Shown here: piece after piece, positions 1 to 9,593 of the stretch
Numbering within the stretch: position 1 is the first letter of the stretch
Layout: every line of letters starts with the position of its first letter
Assembly (NCBI GenBank): GCA_046758745.1
Contig: JBHIAV010000018.1
Span: 1-47,353, forward strand
Length of the DNA: 47,353 nucleotides
Reading direction: 5' to 3'
DNA from: Gemmatimonadota bacterium
GTDB lineage: Bacteria; Gemmatimonadota; Gemmatimonadetes; Palauibacterales; Palauibacteraceae
Notes under the pieces: generated by a model
The model's database searches: none
Seen by the model: the letters and a program-made list of their open reading frames with translations, nothing else
Told to the model about the DNA's origin: nothing
Made by a program: the position numbers and the translations under genes

Positions 1-271
1 CCGGGGTGTCGGCGATCTCCACGGTGATCGGAACGCCCCCTACCCGGATCCGCTGGGTTCTCACGAGCCGGCCGGTCGCCGGGTCCACTCGAAGCTCTCC
101 GGACGCCTGCTCGGCGTCGGAACCCTCCCGCGTCGCGCGGGCTTCCCGGGCGGAGTCCCCGCCGGACGCCTCCCCGCACCCCTGCACAGCCGCGCCGCCG
201 CTCACCAGCGCGAGAAGCGCCGGAAGGAGCAGCCGAACGGCGGGCGTCCACCCGACTTCACCCTTCAGCAC
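1..271 (-). CDS. DUF192 family lipoprotein, 5' part (runs off window start)
   Basis: Hand translation: GTG at 271 after GAGG; hydrophobic stretch with lipobox-like VQGC; then ...IRVGGVPITVEIADTP, the typical DUF192 opening. Not in the ORF track. Confidence 0.75.
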   Translation of the reverse strand, partial: MLKGEVGWTPAVRLLLPALLALVSGGAAVQGCGEASGGDSAREARATREGSDAEQASGELRVDPATGRLVRTQRIRVGGVPITVEIADTP

Positions 272-472
272 AATCGCCTCGTTCCGCAGTCTGATCTCGC
301 GGCGTCGGTCACGACTGCGCCGCAAAATGGCCCCGTCGGGGCGGGGCGCAAGGCGCGGCAGCACTGGCAGGGCGGTCGCGGGAACCGAAGATTTCGCCCG
401 AGACCGGTCGCCGGCCGACCCTCGCCGCAGGATCGGGGCCCGCCCGCGACCCCTGCGCACCGGATATACCGC

Positions 473-1045
473 ATGGAAGAGCCCACGATCCCTCGGTCGT
501 CCCGCCACCCCGAAGCGGGGGACCCGGCCGGCGACCCGGAGGCGGCGAATCGGAGCGAGACCGGCGTGGTGGAGCTGGATCATACGGCGGACGTCGGGTT
601 CACCATCGAGGCCGACTCGCTCCACCGCCTCTTCGAGCTGGCGGCCACCGGTCTGGTACGGGCCACTGGCTGGGTGCCCACCGGCCGGAAGGAAGGGGCA
701 CCCGACGCGGCCGTGGAGGAAGAGGCCCCGTCGGCCGGGCGCGAGGGGCCGGCCGGGTGCGCCTCGGAGGCGATCCGGCTCGCCCGACCCGATCTCGAGC
801 GGCTTCTGGTGGCCTGGCTGCGGGAGCTCACCCACCGAATCGAGCAGAGGGGAGCGCCCGCCGCCATCCGCGCCCACGTGGTGGAGAGCGGGGATCCCGG
901 CCCTTCGCTTGAGGCCACCGTGAGCTGGCCGACCCTCGACCCGGGGCTGCAGCCGGTGCGAGAGATCAAGGGAGTCACCTACCACGGTCTACGCATCGCC
1001 CGTGAGGGCAAGCGCTGGAGCGCACACGTGGTGCTGGATGTCTGA
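473..1045 (+). CDS. Archease (RtcB-activating family)
   Basis: ELDHTADVG N-terminal motif, LLVAWLREL, and C-terminal EIKGVTYHGL...VVLDV. Confidence 0.92.
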   Translation: MEEPTIPRSSRHPEAGDPAGDPEAANRSETGVVELDHTADVGFTIEADSLHRLFELAATGLVRATGWVPTGRKEGAPDAAVEEEAPSAGREGPAGCASEAIRLARPDLERLLVAWLRELTHRIEQRGAPAAIRAHVVESGDPGPSLEATVSWPTLDPGLQPVREIKGVTYHGLRIAREGKRWSAHVVLDV

Positions 1046-1064
1046 TGCGGCCGATCCAGGCCGG

Positions 1065-1080
1065 CGGCACGCTCCGTGCA
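1065..1080 (+). promoter_or_regulatory. Candidate sigma-54 (-24/-12) promoter
   Basis: CGGCACGCTCCGTGCA vs consensus TGGCACG-N4-TTGCW with correct GG/GC spacing, 50 nt upstream of ATG 1131. Confidence 0.55.
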
Positions 1081-1130
1081 GACGATGCGGGCGGTGGATT
1101 CCGGGAGGAGCGGGCGAAAGGAACCACGCT

Positions 1131-1526
1131 ATGGCCCTCAGTTCGCGGCGCACCCTCGCGCTGGCCCTGCTGCCGATCACGGTCGCCGTTTCGAGCTGTC
1201 TGGTGGCGGCCGGGGCCGCGGCAGGCAGTGGGATCTACTTCACCACGCGCGGGGTTGAATCGATTATGCAGGGCAGCGTCGACCAGGTGACCGGCACCGT
1301 CACGCAGGCGTTTGAGCGACTCGGGGTGCGGCACAAGGGCCGAAGGGACGGCGACTCGGGCCGCGAAATCTACGGCCTGTCGGGCGGACACGACGTCACG
1401 GTCGAGCTGAGACGCGAAACGGCTCACGCGACCCGGGTCGAGGTACGGGTACGAAAGAGCGCGGTGGCCTGGGACAAGGAGATGGCGAAGAGGATCCTGG
1501 AGGAGATCGACTCGCTGCGAGGCTGA
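1131..1526 (+). CDS. DUF3568-like lipoprotein
   Basis: Signal peptide ending VSSC followed by LVAAGAAAG, and T.V.VRV...D...A..IL..I tail; AAGGA before ATG 1131. Confidence 0.65.
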   Translation: MALSSRRTLALALLPITVAVSSCLVAAGAAAGSGIYFTTRGVESIMQGSVDQVTGTVTQAFERLGVRHKGRRDGDSGREIYGLSGGHDVTVELRRETAHATRVEVRVRKSAVAWDKEMAKRILEEIDSLRG

Positions 1527-1588
1527 GCACTCTCGGAAACCCGTCTCTCCCCTCGGTCGTCCAGATAGATAGCGATGAGGAAGGAGCG

Positions 1589-2314
1589 ATGATCCTGCCG
1601 AATGTGCGTTCGTCTTTCGGTCGCGACGAAGCCGGATGGCTCGTCCACCTGCTCGGCGAGGAAGACGAGGCCCGGGTGCGCTACTGGGAGGCCCTTCTGG
1701 CCGAGCGCGGGATCGACGCGGTGATCGACGACCACCGCACGCTGGAGTGTATCCTCCGGCAGAGAGGGATCAGCCTCATTCCCCCCACGCTTTCTCTGTA
1801 CGTTCTTGTTCGGCATGCTCTGCTCCAGAGCGGGATCGGGAGCCGGACGCTGGCCGACTATCTGACCGCCCTCATTCTCGAGTTCGGTTACAAGGACCGC
1901 TCCACCCGGATCGCACCCGATGACAGCAAGCGGTACCACTACCTGGTGGACATCCTCGAGGATCTGTCGAGCGCCGAGGGACGCCGCGCGTTCCTCTTGA
2001 GGGTGCACCTCGGGAACTTCGCCCTATGGCTCTCGGGTCTCTTCCCGGATTACATCGTCGCCCGAGTGCACCGGAGAGGGGCCCCCGGCCTCGATTACTA
2101 CGACAGGATGGGTACGACCGGATTCCGCCTCGCCGCGGACGACCCCCACGCGCGAAGGCACGCTCTGGACTCGCTGTACCACCACACCGCGGAGTCCTTC
2201 GGCCAGGTGCGGCGCGCCCTCAACCGCTTCTCGGACCGGTTCCTCTTCCCGCACCCCGTGTCACCCGTGGACCGCTTCCTCAGACAGGTCGCTAACGACT
2301 TTCTCGACGCGTGA
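1589..2314 (+). CDS. Conserved hypothetical protein
   Basis: AGGAG RBS; 241-aa globular-looking ORF with HLGNFALWLSGLFPDYI motif. Confidence 0.8.
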   Translation: MILPNVRSSFGRDEAGWLVHLLGEEDEARVRYWEALLAERGIDAVIDDHRTLECILRQRGISLIPPTLSLYVLVRHALLQSGIGSRTLADYLTALILEFGYKDRSTRIAPDDSKRYHYLVDILEDLSSAEGRRAFLLRVHLGNFALWLSGLFPDYIVARVHRRGAPGLDYYDRMGTTGFRLAADDPHARRHALDSLYHHTAESFGQVRRALNRFSDRFLFPHPVSPVDRFLRQVANDFLDA

Positions 2315-2355
2315 GGCAGGCGGAGCAAGGCCCGCAGCGAGACCGATAATCGCTA

Positions 2356-2405
2356 TTGACCCCCTCGCTTCCGGTCGCCTATATTAGTCTCAACGTGTTG
2401 AGACT
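2356..2405 (+). promoter_or_regulatory. Sigma-70 promoter of fur with overlapping palindromic operator
   Basis: TTGACC(2356-2361)-N18-TATATT(2380-2385), then perfect inverted repeat AGTCTCAAC-GT-GTTGAGACT (2386-2405). Confidence 0.7.
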
Positions 2406-2460
2406 GGGTTGGCTCGCTGCGGCCGATCCTTCCTGAACGGAGACGGAAAGAGCGACGAAC

Positions 2461-2964
2461 ATGGAGAGCGTGCCGCTGGTCACCCCGCGACCGCCGCTCG
2501 GCTGCGCGGCGGTGATGATGGGGGTGTTTCGAGCCCAGCTTCGCGAACACGAGCTCCCGGTGACCCACCAGAGGGAGGCCGTCGCCCAGGTACTCTTCGA
2601 GTCGACCCGCCATCTCTCCGCGGACGACATCGCGGAGCGCCTTCGCGAGCGCGAAGAGCACATCGGCAAAGCCACCATCTACCGGACGTTGAACCTTCTG
2701 GTAAGGGTGGGGCTCGCCGCCGAGCACGACTTCGACGAGGGGTTCAAGAGATACGAGATGCAAGCGGGAGCGGCACATCACGACCACCTCATCTGCAGTT
2801 CTTGCGGTGCGGTTACGGAGTTTCAGCGGCCTGCCCTGGACCAGCTGCAGGCCGAGGTCGCGCAGGCACACGGTTTCGAGGCGCTCACCAGACAGCTCAA
2901 GATCTACGGGCTGTGCGCCTCGTGCGCCGCAGCCTCGGGGGATGGGCTGAGACGAGCCGTCTGA
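2461..2964 (+). CDS. fur: Fur family transcriptional regulator (start may be 2515/2518)
   Basis: T.QREAV, HLSADDI, ATIYRTL, HHDHLICSSCG and GLCASC motifs. Confidence 0.93.
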   Translation: MESVPLVTPRPPLGCAAVMMGVFRAQLREHELPVTHQREAVAQVLFESTRHLSADDIAERLREREEHIGKATIYRTLNLLVRVGLAAEHDFDEGFKRYEMQAGAAHHDHLICSSCGAVTEFQRPALDQLQAEVAQAHGFEALTRQLKIYGLCASCAAASGDGLRRAV

Positions 2965-2984
2965 GACCCGCCCGCCCCCTCCGC

Positions 2985-3539
2985 TTGACCCCTCGAGAGC
3001 GGCTGTGTCGTCTTCTGGCCGAACGTTCTCTTCGGATCGGGGACTTCGAGCTGACCTCCGGCCGGCGGAGCAACTTCTACATCGACTGCCGCGCCACCAC
3101 GATGCATGCCGAGGGGCTGGTGCTGATCGGCGAGGTGGCTCTGGATGTCCTCGACGGGGAGCGGCTGAGTCCGGACCTGATCGGCGGACTCACCATGGGC
3201 GCCGACCCGATCGCGTACGCCGTGGCGGCGGAGAGCTGGCGCCGCGGGCGGCAGATTCACGCCTTCTCCGTGCGCAAGCAGGCGAAGCGCCACGGGCACG
3301 GACGCAGAATCGACGGATGCTTCGAGCCCGGCGCGCGGGTGGTGGTCGTCGAAGACGTCATCACCACGGGCGGCTCAGCGCTGCAGGCCTGCGCGGCCGT
3401 CAGCGATGCGGGAGGAAGCGTCCTGGCCGTTCTGGCGCTGGTAGACCGGCTCGAGGGAGGGAGGGAGGCGATCGAGGCCGCCGGGCACCCCGTTCTGGTC
3501 ATGTTTGACGTGAACGCGCTCCGCGCTTGCGCACGCTGA
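2985..3539 (+). CDS. pyrE: Orotate phosphoribosyltransferase
   Basis: GDFELTSGRRSNFYIDCR, RKQAKRHG, PRPP-binding VVEDVITTGGS; probable TTG start at 2985 inside track ORF 2409..3539. Confidence 0.93.
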   Translation: MTPRERLCRLLAERSLRIGDFELTSGRRSNFYIDCRATTMHAEGLVLIGEVALDVLDGERLSPDLIGGLTMGADPIAYAVAAESWRRGRQIHAFSVRKQAKRHGHGRRIDGCFEPGARVVVVEDVITTGGSALQACAAVSDAGGSVLAVLALVDRLEGGREAIEAAGHPVLVMFDVNALRACAR

Positions 3540-3683
3540 GAAGGCCGTTGCCCACCGGTCCGACGTTCGGCCCGTCATGCGCGTCATGGCGCGATTGACT
3601 GAAACCCGGAGAGGGGCGGGGGTTATCATCCCCCGGCCGCGGTGTTAACATCAAATGAGGTCAATCGTCGGGAGCGAGGCGCT

Positions 3684-4271
3684 GTGATTACCTTTACCGA
3701 AGAAGCCAGGAAGCGCGTGCTCGAGTTTCTCGAGGCGGAAGACGAGCAGCTCGCGGTTCGGATCGCCATCCGTAACTCCAGTCCCCTCGCTCCGGAATAC
3801 GATCTCTCGCTCATCGAGCCGCATGAGCGGAACGTTGCAGACCGGGTGTTCGATCAGGGCGGCTTCGAGCTGGTCGTGGATGCGGAGAGCGCCGAGCTGC
3901 TGGAGGGGGCCAGTGTCGGCTGGGTGGAGACCCTGCAGGGCGGCGGCTTCAAGGTCGAGAGCCCGAACCTCAAGCCCCTCGGCTCGACGCCGCTCACGGG
4001 CGCCGTGGCCGAGCGCGTGACGACCGTGATCGAAGAGCGGATCAACCCCTCCATCGCCGCTCACGGCGGCCACGTCAGGCTGGTCGACCTGCGCGACAAC
4101 GTCGTCTACCTTCAGATGAGCGGCGGATGCCAGGGGTGCGGCATGGCGTCGGTGACGCTCAAGCAGGGGATCGAACGCATCCTCAGGGATGCGGTTCCGG
4201 AGATCGTGGAGATCCAGGATGTGACCGACCACGCGGCCGGCACCGATCCCTACTTCCAGCCGACCAAATAA
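3684..4271 (+). CDS. nfuA: Fe-S biogenesis protein NfuA (degenerate A-type domain + NifU-C domain)
   Basis: ITFTEEA N-terminus, INPSIAAHGG, GGCQGC (CxxC), DVTDH...PYF; GTG start after GAGG. Confidence 0.92.
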   Translation: MITFTEEARKRVLEFLEAEDEQLAVRIAIRNSSPLAPEYDLSLIEPHERNVADRVFDQGGFELVVDAESAELLEGASVGWVETLQGGGFKVESPNLKPLGSTPLTGAVAERVTTVIEERINPSIAAHGGHVRLVDLRDNVVYLQMSGGCQGCGMASVTLKQGIERILRDAVPEIVEIQDVTDHAAGTDPYFQPTK

Positions 4272-4307
4272 GGCGGCGAACCGGCCCGACCGACGCTCCG
4301 TCGGTGT

Positions 4308-5453
4308 TCAGCGCAGCACGGCGGCAAGCCCCGTCCTCGTGGGCATGCGATCCTGCGGGATGACGAGCGTTCTTCCTCCGTGCTGGATTGCCACCTCCGC
4401 CAGCTCGTCGAGCAGGTCCACCGCGTGCTGCCCGGGATCGGGACCGTTCTCCTTCAGCACCTCGACCACCCCCGTGCTGCGGTCGAGCTTGCCCCACACC
4501 CTCCGGTCCTTCTCCGTAAGGAGGAGCCGCACCCTCCCGGAGACGGCGTGGAACCCCGCCGCGGCGATGTCCGACTCCGCCTTTCCCCGCCCGTAGGACG
4601 CCTCCCAGAGCTTCACCGCCTCGTCGATCTCCCTTTCGACCGTCGCTCTCACGATCGGCCACGCCGCCTCGTGCAGCTGATCGACGTCCCACTCGATCAC
4701 GTTCCCCACGATCCCATCCTCGGCCAGGTTCCGAAGCCGACTGACCGAGCGGTAGATCGGGTGGTAGTAGTCGACCGCCGCCAGGATGAACGGCCCGGTC
4801 TCTCCGGCCAGGAGGTCCCGAACACCCGCGTCGACCTTCCGGAAGAACCGCGCAAGCTCGTCCTTGGCATCGTCGACGCCGACCCCGTGCCCGTGGTAGA
4901 CGGGTGCCGCGCCGCCGCCCCGCGGACTGTGGAAGCTGATCGGATCGCGCGTCACCTGCCTCCCCAACGCCTCCTGCAAGCTCCTCGGTACACCCGTGAG
5001 GTTCACCGCGGTGAGCCCGGTGGAGGCCCCCTCCCACAGGCGGACAGCCTTCTGGCTGAGAGCGAGAACCCAGAAGCGGTCCGGGGCCTGCAGGTACTCG
5101 ATGAGCGGCCGGGTCACGAAGGACGTGGCCACCACCACGAGCTCCGGAAACGAGACGGGGAGGCGGTACAGCCGCTGGAAATCGGGGGCCGCGAACACGG
5201 CCAGGCCATCCGCCTGGTGCCGCCAGAACTCCCCATCACCGATCAGCGAGGCCAGGGAGTCGAGCACGCGGCGGCCGGCCGCGGCCACATCGCCGCTCAG
5301 CAGCGCACGAGCCCGATCGAGGCTCGCGCGGAACCGAAGGGAATCGCCGTCCACCCCTCCCCCGGCCCGGTGAGTGGGGAGGTAAACGCTGATCGCCGGC
5401 GGGGCCGGCTTCTTCACAAGTTCCTTCAAGTTTTCGCGTCCGAAGTAATCCAC
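4308..5453 (-). CDS. Bacterial archaeo-eukaryotic release factor homologue (baeRF3-like)
   Basis: AISVYLPTHRAG, FWRHQADGLAVF, VLALSQKAVRLWEG, GRVRLLL and terminal GLAAVLR. Confidence 0.82.
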   Translation of the reverse strand: MDYFGRENLKELVKKPAPPAISVYLPTHRAGGGVDGDSLRFRASLDRARALLSGDVAAAGRRVLDSLASLIGDGEFWRHQADGLAVFAAPDFQRLYRLPVSFPELVVVATSFVTRPLIEYLQAPDRFWVLALSQKAVRLWEGASTGLTAVNLTGVPRSLQEALGRQVTRDPISFHSPRGGGAAPVYHGHGVGVDDAKDELARFFRKVDAGVRDLLAGETGPFILAAVDYYHPIYRSVSRLRNLAEDGIVGNVIEWDVDQLHEAAWPIVRATVEREIDEAVKLWEASYGRGKAESDIAAAGFHAVSGRVRLLLTEKDRRVWGKLDRSTGVVEVLKENGPDPGQHAVDLLDELAEVAIQHGGRTLVIPQDRMPTRTGLAAVLR

Positions 5454-5537
5454 CCAAAGCCTCCTTCCTTCACTACGATCCTCGCGGCGAGCATGGAGAG
5501 CCCTCCATCCGCCCTCTCCGGCGTGCCGGAGGCCGGC

Positions 5538-5873
5538 TCAACGGAAGAACGAGTGCAGGATCATGCCCACGACCGACATGACCAGGGCCCCGATGAACGC
5601 GGAGCCGAAACCGGACAGATCGAAGCCGGGTGTGAGCCGAGCGGCGAGGGAGAGCAACAGGGCGTTGAGGATCAGGTAGAAGAACCCGAGGGTGACGATG
5701 GTGATCGGCAGCGTCAGGAAGATCAGGATCGGCTTGAGGATCGCGTTTATCAGGCCGATGACCAGCGCGGCGAGCAGGAGGGAGCGGGTTCCGGAGATCT
5801 GGATGCCGGGCACCAACCACGCCGTCACGTAGAGCGCCGCCGCGTTGATGAGCCAGCTTAAGAGAAGCCTCAT
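5538..5873 (-). CDS. YvlD/DUF360 (holin-4-like) membrane protein
   Basis: All-hydrophobic 111 aa with INAILKPIL.FLTLPITIVTLGFF.LILNA. Confidence 0.9.
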   Translation of the reverse strand: MRLLLSWLINAAALYVTAWLVPGIQISGTRSLLLAALVIGLINAILKPILIFLTLPITIVTLGFFYLILNALLLSLAARLTPGFDLSGFGSAFIGALVMSVVGMILHSFFR

Positions 5874-6065
5874 GTGCGACCCTTCGATCGCCGTTTGGTT
5901 TCAACGCCACGGCGGGAACGCCCGCGGCCCGTAGAGCCCGATCCCGAAGGCCCGCCGCACCAGCGAGACCCGCGCACTCCCCGCCCCTCGCAGACCCGCG
6001 CTCCCGCGGTCCGAAAAGCCGGTTCTCCCCGGCCCGCCAGACCTCCACTCCGTGGCCCGAGCGGA

Positions 6066-9000
6066 TCAGAAGGCCGGCGAGAGGTGGAAGAGCGTGTACC
6101 AGCCCTTCTCGGGTCGGCCGTTCGGGTGCACGAAGTCGATTTCCCCGATGAGGAACCCGAACAGGTTGATCCGCGCCCCGACGCCGTAGCTGGTCACGGG
6201 ATCCCGGTCGATCCCGAGAAAGTCGAACCCCCCGTCCAGGATCCCCTGGTCCCCCGATGTCCACGCCACTCCGGCGTCGAAGAAGGTGAAGAACTCCACC
6301 GGCGGGGCGGCCGGAGAGGGAACGAGGCCGAAGAACCCGAAGACCGGCACGCGAAGCTCGATGTTGGCGACGGCCAGACGGCTTCCGAGCAACTGATCGA
6401 ACACCGGGCACGCCAGAGGATCCTCCTCCGGGGGGTCGCACTCGCTGACCTCGAACGAGCCGTCGTTGTAGCCCCGCACCAGGCTGGGATACCCGATGAA
6501 CAGCTGGCTCAGCCGGCGATCCTCGCCATCGTTCCCGTAGCGACCGAAATGCAGGATGCGCCCCGCCAGCGTGATCGGCCGGGCGGGCATGATGTAGCGT
6601 CGATAGTCGGCGAGCGCGGTGACGTAGTTCAGGCTGCCGAACGTGCCGGTCGCCTGAAACCGATAGCGCTGACCCAGGATCGGCCCGGTCCCGCCGAACA
6701 GCGTGTTGTCGAACACGAGAGCGGTGCTTGCCGTCCCGAGATTCAGGGACGAGATCGTGTCGAAGGGGGTGAGGTCAACCGTCTGCTCGTCCAGCAGCTG
6801 CCCGGTGCGCGGGTCGAAGATCCGCACCTCCCGCTCGGCGGCGAAGTCCACGTTCCGGAACCCCGCCGAGAACTCCACCCGCTGAGACCGGTTGAACGGG
6901 TAGGCGACCCCGAGCGATGCCTCCCGATTGATCTGCCAGAACCGGTCGGCCTGGTCGACGAACACGGTGTCCCCGCCGCTGGTCACCGTGAACCCGCTCG
7001 CGAAGCGGCGCGAGATGATGGGAAGCTGCCCGACCTGAGCGCCCCAGTTCCACCGCGAGCGCTGGTTCTGATACGCGAGGATCCCGGCCGAGGACCGCGC
7101 CACGTCCCCCTCGCCGCCGTTGACCTGGAGGATGGTCAACAGGTTCCGGTTCCCGAGCATGTCGCTGAAGTAGAGCGAGATGCCTCCGGAGATGAACGCT
7201 CCGAACTGATCGGCCCCCACGAAGAGGCTCGGCTGGCCCACGAAGTCGAGCCCGAGCGACGGGCTGTAGTCCGTGCGCTCGAACGTCAGCGTGTCGGCTA
7301 GCCCCAGCCTCGACTCGCGGAGCAGCGGGAGGACCAGCCCGGCCCCCCGGTCCTGCGGAGGAAGCACGGCCGGGCTCACCCCGGCGATCGGGCCGGAGAT
7401 CGGCTCCCCGCGTAGCACTTCGGGCGAGTCGGCCACGTGGAGGTTGTAGTCGCCCTCCTCGTACACGGTGTACACGAGCCGGTCCGTCGCCGCTGCGGAC
7501 GACAGGGCCGGGCTGAGGGAGGTGATCCCGCTCACGCCCGTGAACAGGTTCGTGACGCGGTACAGGTTCCCCCCGGCGAACTCGTAGCGATAGATGTTCG
7601 TGATGCCGCTCACGTCCGTGAGGAAGTACAGGCTCTGGCCGTCCGCCGACCACTGCGGGTTGATGTGCTTGCCGTTGCCGAAGACAGGAAGGGGTTGGAT
7701 CTCACCGGAGACCGCATCGACAAGAGCGAGCCGATAGTTGCCGTAGGCGAGCTCGTTCAGGTCGGTGGCGAAGCGATCGGTCACGAACGCGATGCTCGCG
7801 CCATCCGGGGACCAGGCCGGCTGGAGGTCCGCGTATACGTCGTCGGTCAGGCGGCGCGCATCCCCGCTCTCCACATCCACCACGAACAGATCCGTGACCC
7901 CACCCACCTGGGCCGAGAAGGCGAGGGAGCGCCCGTCCGGTGACCAGGTGGGCGTGAACACTTCCCCGAGTTCCTTCAGTTTGATCTCGCGCTCCGTCTT
8001 CCCGCTCTCCATGTCCAGCACGATGAGCACCGGTTGGCCCTTGCTCACGGCCGCGAAGGCGAATCGCCGCCCGTCGGCGCTCCACGCTCCCGCCGAGTTG
8101 ATGAACTGCAGGCTCTCGAAGTGCGGGTCCGTAGCGTTCTTCGTGAGGCGGCGCTCGATCTTGCCCGTCTCCGCGTCGGCGACGAACATCTCGATGGCGA
8201 AGAGGTCCTTCTCCGACAGGAAGACGATCCTGCTCCCGTCCGGGCTGAGCGCGGGACCTACATTGAGGCCGCCGCTTCCCGTCTCCTTCGAGATGAGGAC
8301 TCGGCCGAAGCGCTCCGCTTCCTCGGTATGCTCCTCGACCGCCGCGTACATCTCGCGGATCGACGCGTGCCATTCCGCCGATATCGAGTCGGGAGACATC
8401 TGGAGCACGGTGGCTATCGCGGTTTCCGCAACACCGGTGGTTCCGGCCAGCTTGAGGATCTTGCCGATCGCCTCATCGCCCCATCGGCCCGCCACGAAAG
8501 CCCAAAACGCCTGGCCGAAACGGTAGGGGAAGAACTTGGGGTTCGAGAGCCTCCGGATCGTCGGGAGCTCACAGCACTCCCGGGCCGCATCGCGGATCCA
8601 CATCGCCGTGTGCGGGTCCACCGGCCCGACGGAGAGGTACTCCGCCATCCCCTCGATGAACCACAGGGGAAGGAAGACGGCCGTGGGGATCCCTGTAAGC
8701 CCCGACCCGCCGGCCGGGTTCTGGCGCGTGATGTCGAACTGGAAGGCGTGCACCAGCTCGTGGCCGAGCACATGGTCCGACTCGGGCAGCGCGCTGGCGA
8801 AGGGCAGGACGATCCGTCGCTTGAACACCTCGGTCACACCGCCTGTGGACTCTCCGATGTTGCCGAAGATGGCGTTGGTCTGCTCGAAGTGCGGGTGGCT
8901 GGCGTACAGGATCAGGGGCTGCCGGCCTCCCAGCTCGTGATCCAGGAGCCGCGAGAGGCGGGCGTACCAGCGCTCCGCCATCCGGCCTGCCAGCTCGGCC

Positions 9001-9191
9001 GCCTTCGCCTCTTCGCCGTAATGGTAGATGTCGAAGTGCTCCGTCTTGAGCACCTCGAAGTCGAAGGACTCGTACTGGACCTTGTTGCGCCCGAAGTACT
9101 GCGCCACGGCAGCCGGAGGTTTCGCCAGGGCGAGCGCGGCCAGCCCGACGGCGATCACCAAGGGAATCCGACCACTCCGGTCACCGCGCAT
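6066..9191 (-). CDS. Secreted gluzincin-like peptidase + TolB/PD40 beta-propeller + Omp85-type barrel protein
   Basis: Signal peptide then QYFGRNKVQY; HELVH and WFIEGMAEY; repeated P.WSPDG; C-terminal LVRGY and FFDAG, terminal F; ATG at 9191 after GGAGGG. Confidence 0.85.
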   Translation of the reverse strand: MRGDRSGRIPLVIAVGLAALALAKPPAAVAQYFGRNKVQYESFDFEVLKTEHFDIYHYGEEAKAAELAGRMAERWYARLSRLLDHELGGRQPLILYASHPHFEQTNAIFGNIGESTGGVTEVFKRRIVLPFASALPESDHVLGHELVHAFQFDITRQNPAGGSGLTGIPTAVFLPLWFIEGMAEYLSVGPVDPHTAMWIRDAARECCELPTIRRLSNPKFFPYRFGQAFWAFVAGRWGDEAIGKILKLAGTTGVAETAIATVLQMSPDSISAEWHASIREMYAAVEEHTEEAERFGRVLISKETGSGGLNVGPALSPDGSRIVFLSEKDLFAIEMFVADAETGKIERRLTKNATDPHFESLQFINSAGAWSADGRRFAFAAVSKGQPVLIVLDMESGKTEREIKLKELGEVFTPTWSPDGRSLAFSAQVGGVTDLFVVDVESGDARRLTDDVYADLQPAWSPDGASIAFVTDRFATDLNELAYGNYRLALVDAVSGEIQPLPVFGNGKHINPQWSADGQSLYFLTDVSGITNIYRYEFAGGNLYRVTNLFTGVSGITSLSPALSSAAATDRLVYTVYEEGDYNLHVADSPEVLRGEPISGPIAGVSPAVLPPQDRGAGLVLPLLRESRLGLADTLTFERTDYSPSLGLDFVGQPSLFVGADQFGAFISGGISLYFSDMLGNRNLLTILQVNGGEGDVARSSAGILAYQNQRSRWNWGAQVGQLPIISRRFASGFTVTSGGDTVFVDQADRFWQINREASLGVAYPFNRSQRVEFSAGFRNVDFAAEREVRIFDPRTGQLLDEQTVDLTPFDTISSLNLGTASTALVFDNTLFGGTGPILGQRYRFQATGTFGSLNYVTALADYRRYIMPARPITLAGRILHFGRYGNDGEDRRLSQLFIGYPSLVRGYNDGSFEVSECDPPEEDPLACPVFDQLLGSRLAVANIELRVPVFGFFGLVPSPAAPPVEFFTFFDAGVAWTSGDQGILDGGFDFLGIDRDPVTSYGVGARINLFGFLIGEIDFVHPNGRPEKGWYTLFHLSPAF

Positions 9192-9299
9192 TTTCCCTCC
9201 GTCGATTCTGCCGTTCACGGTCCCCTGCGTAACTGGTCGTGTACCCGTTGCCGGCAGGCGAGTTTCTGACCCGTCTCTCCCCTTCTCCGAACGCGCGAG

Positions 9300-9500
9300 G
9301 CCGCGAGAGAGTTCTCCCGCTCCCCGCCGAAGCACAGGAAGACGAGAGGGGCGCCGAACACGTGCCTCCCGGTCACGTACCCGCGAGGAAGAACGTCACC
9401 GCGACGAGGAATCCGGTGAGGGCCGCGGCGAGCCCCGCTGCATTCGACCGGGGAGATGGAAGATACGGCCCAAAGAGGACCGGAACCAGCGCGGTGACGC
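9300..9500 (-). pseudogene. Possible frameshifted remnant of a membrane transporter C-terminus (sodium:solute symporter-like); boundaries approximate
   Basis: LVPVLFGPYLP..SNAAGLAAALTGFLVAVTFFLAG continues in another frame as YVTGRHVFGAPLVFLCF; no start seen. Confidence 0.3.
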
Positions 9501-9518
9501 GACAACGGACGCCATCCA

Positions 9519-9558
9519 CACCCGTGGGCTCGCGCCTGAGCACCCGTGGGCTCGCGCC
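9519..9558. repeat. Perfect 18-bp tandem direct repeat
   Basis: CACCCGTGGGCTCGCGCC at 9519-9536 and 9541-9558. Confidence 0.9.
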
Positions 9559-9593
9559 AGGACCACAGCTATCGAAGGAGGGCGGGAGACGGA

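Noticed and set aside
5538-5873. Prophage suggested by the holin-like gene
   Set aside because: No endolysin, structural or integrase genes; the family is common on chromosomes
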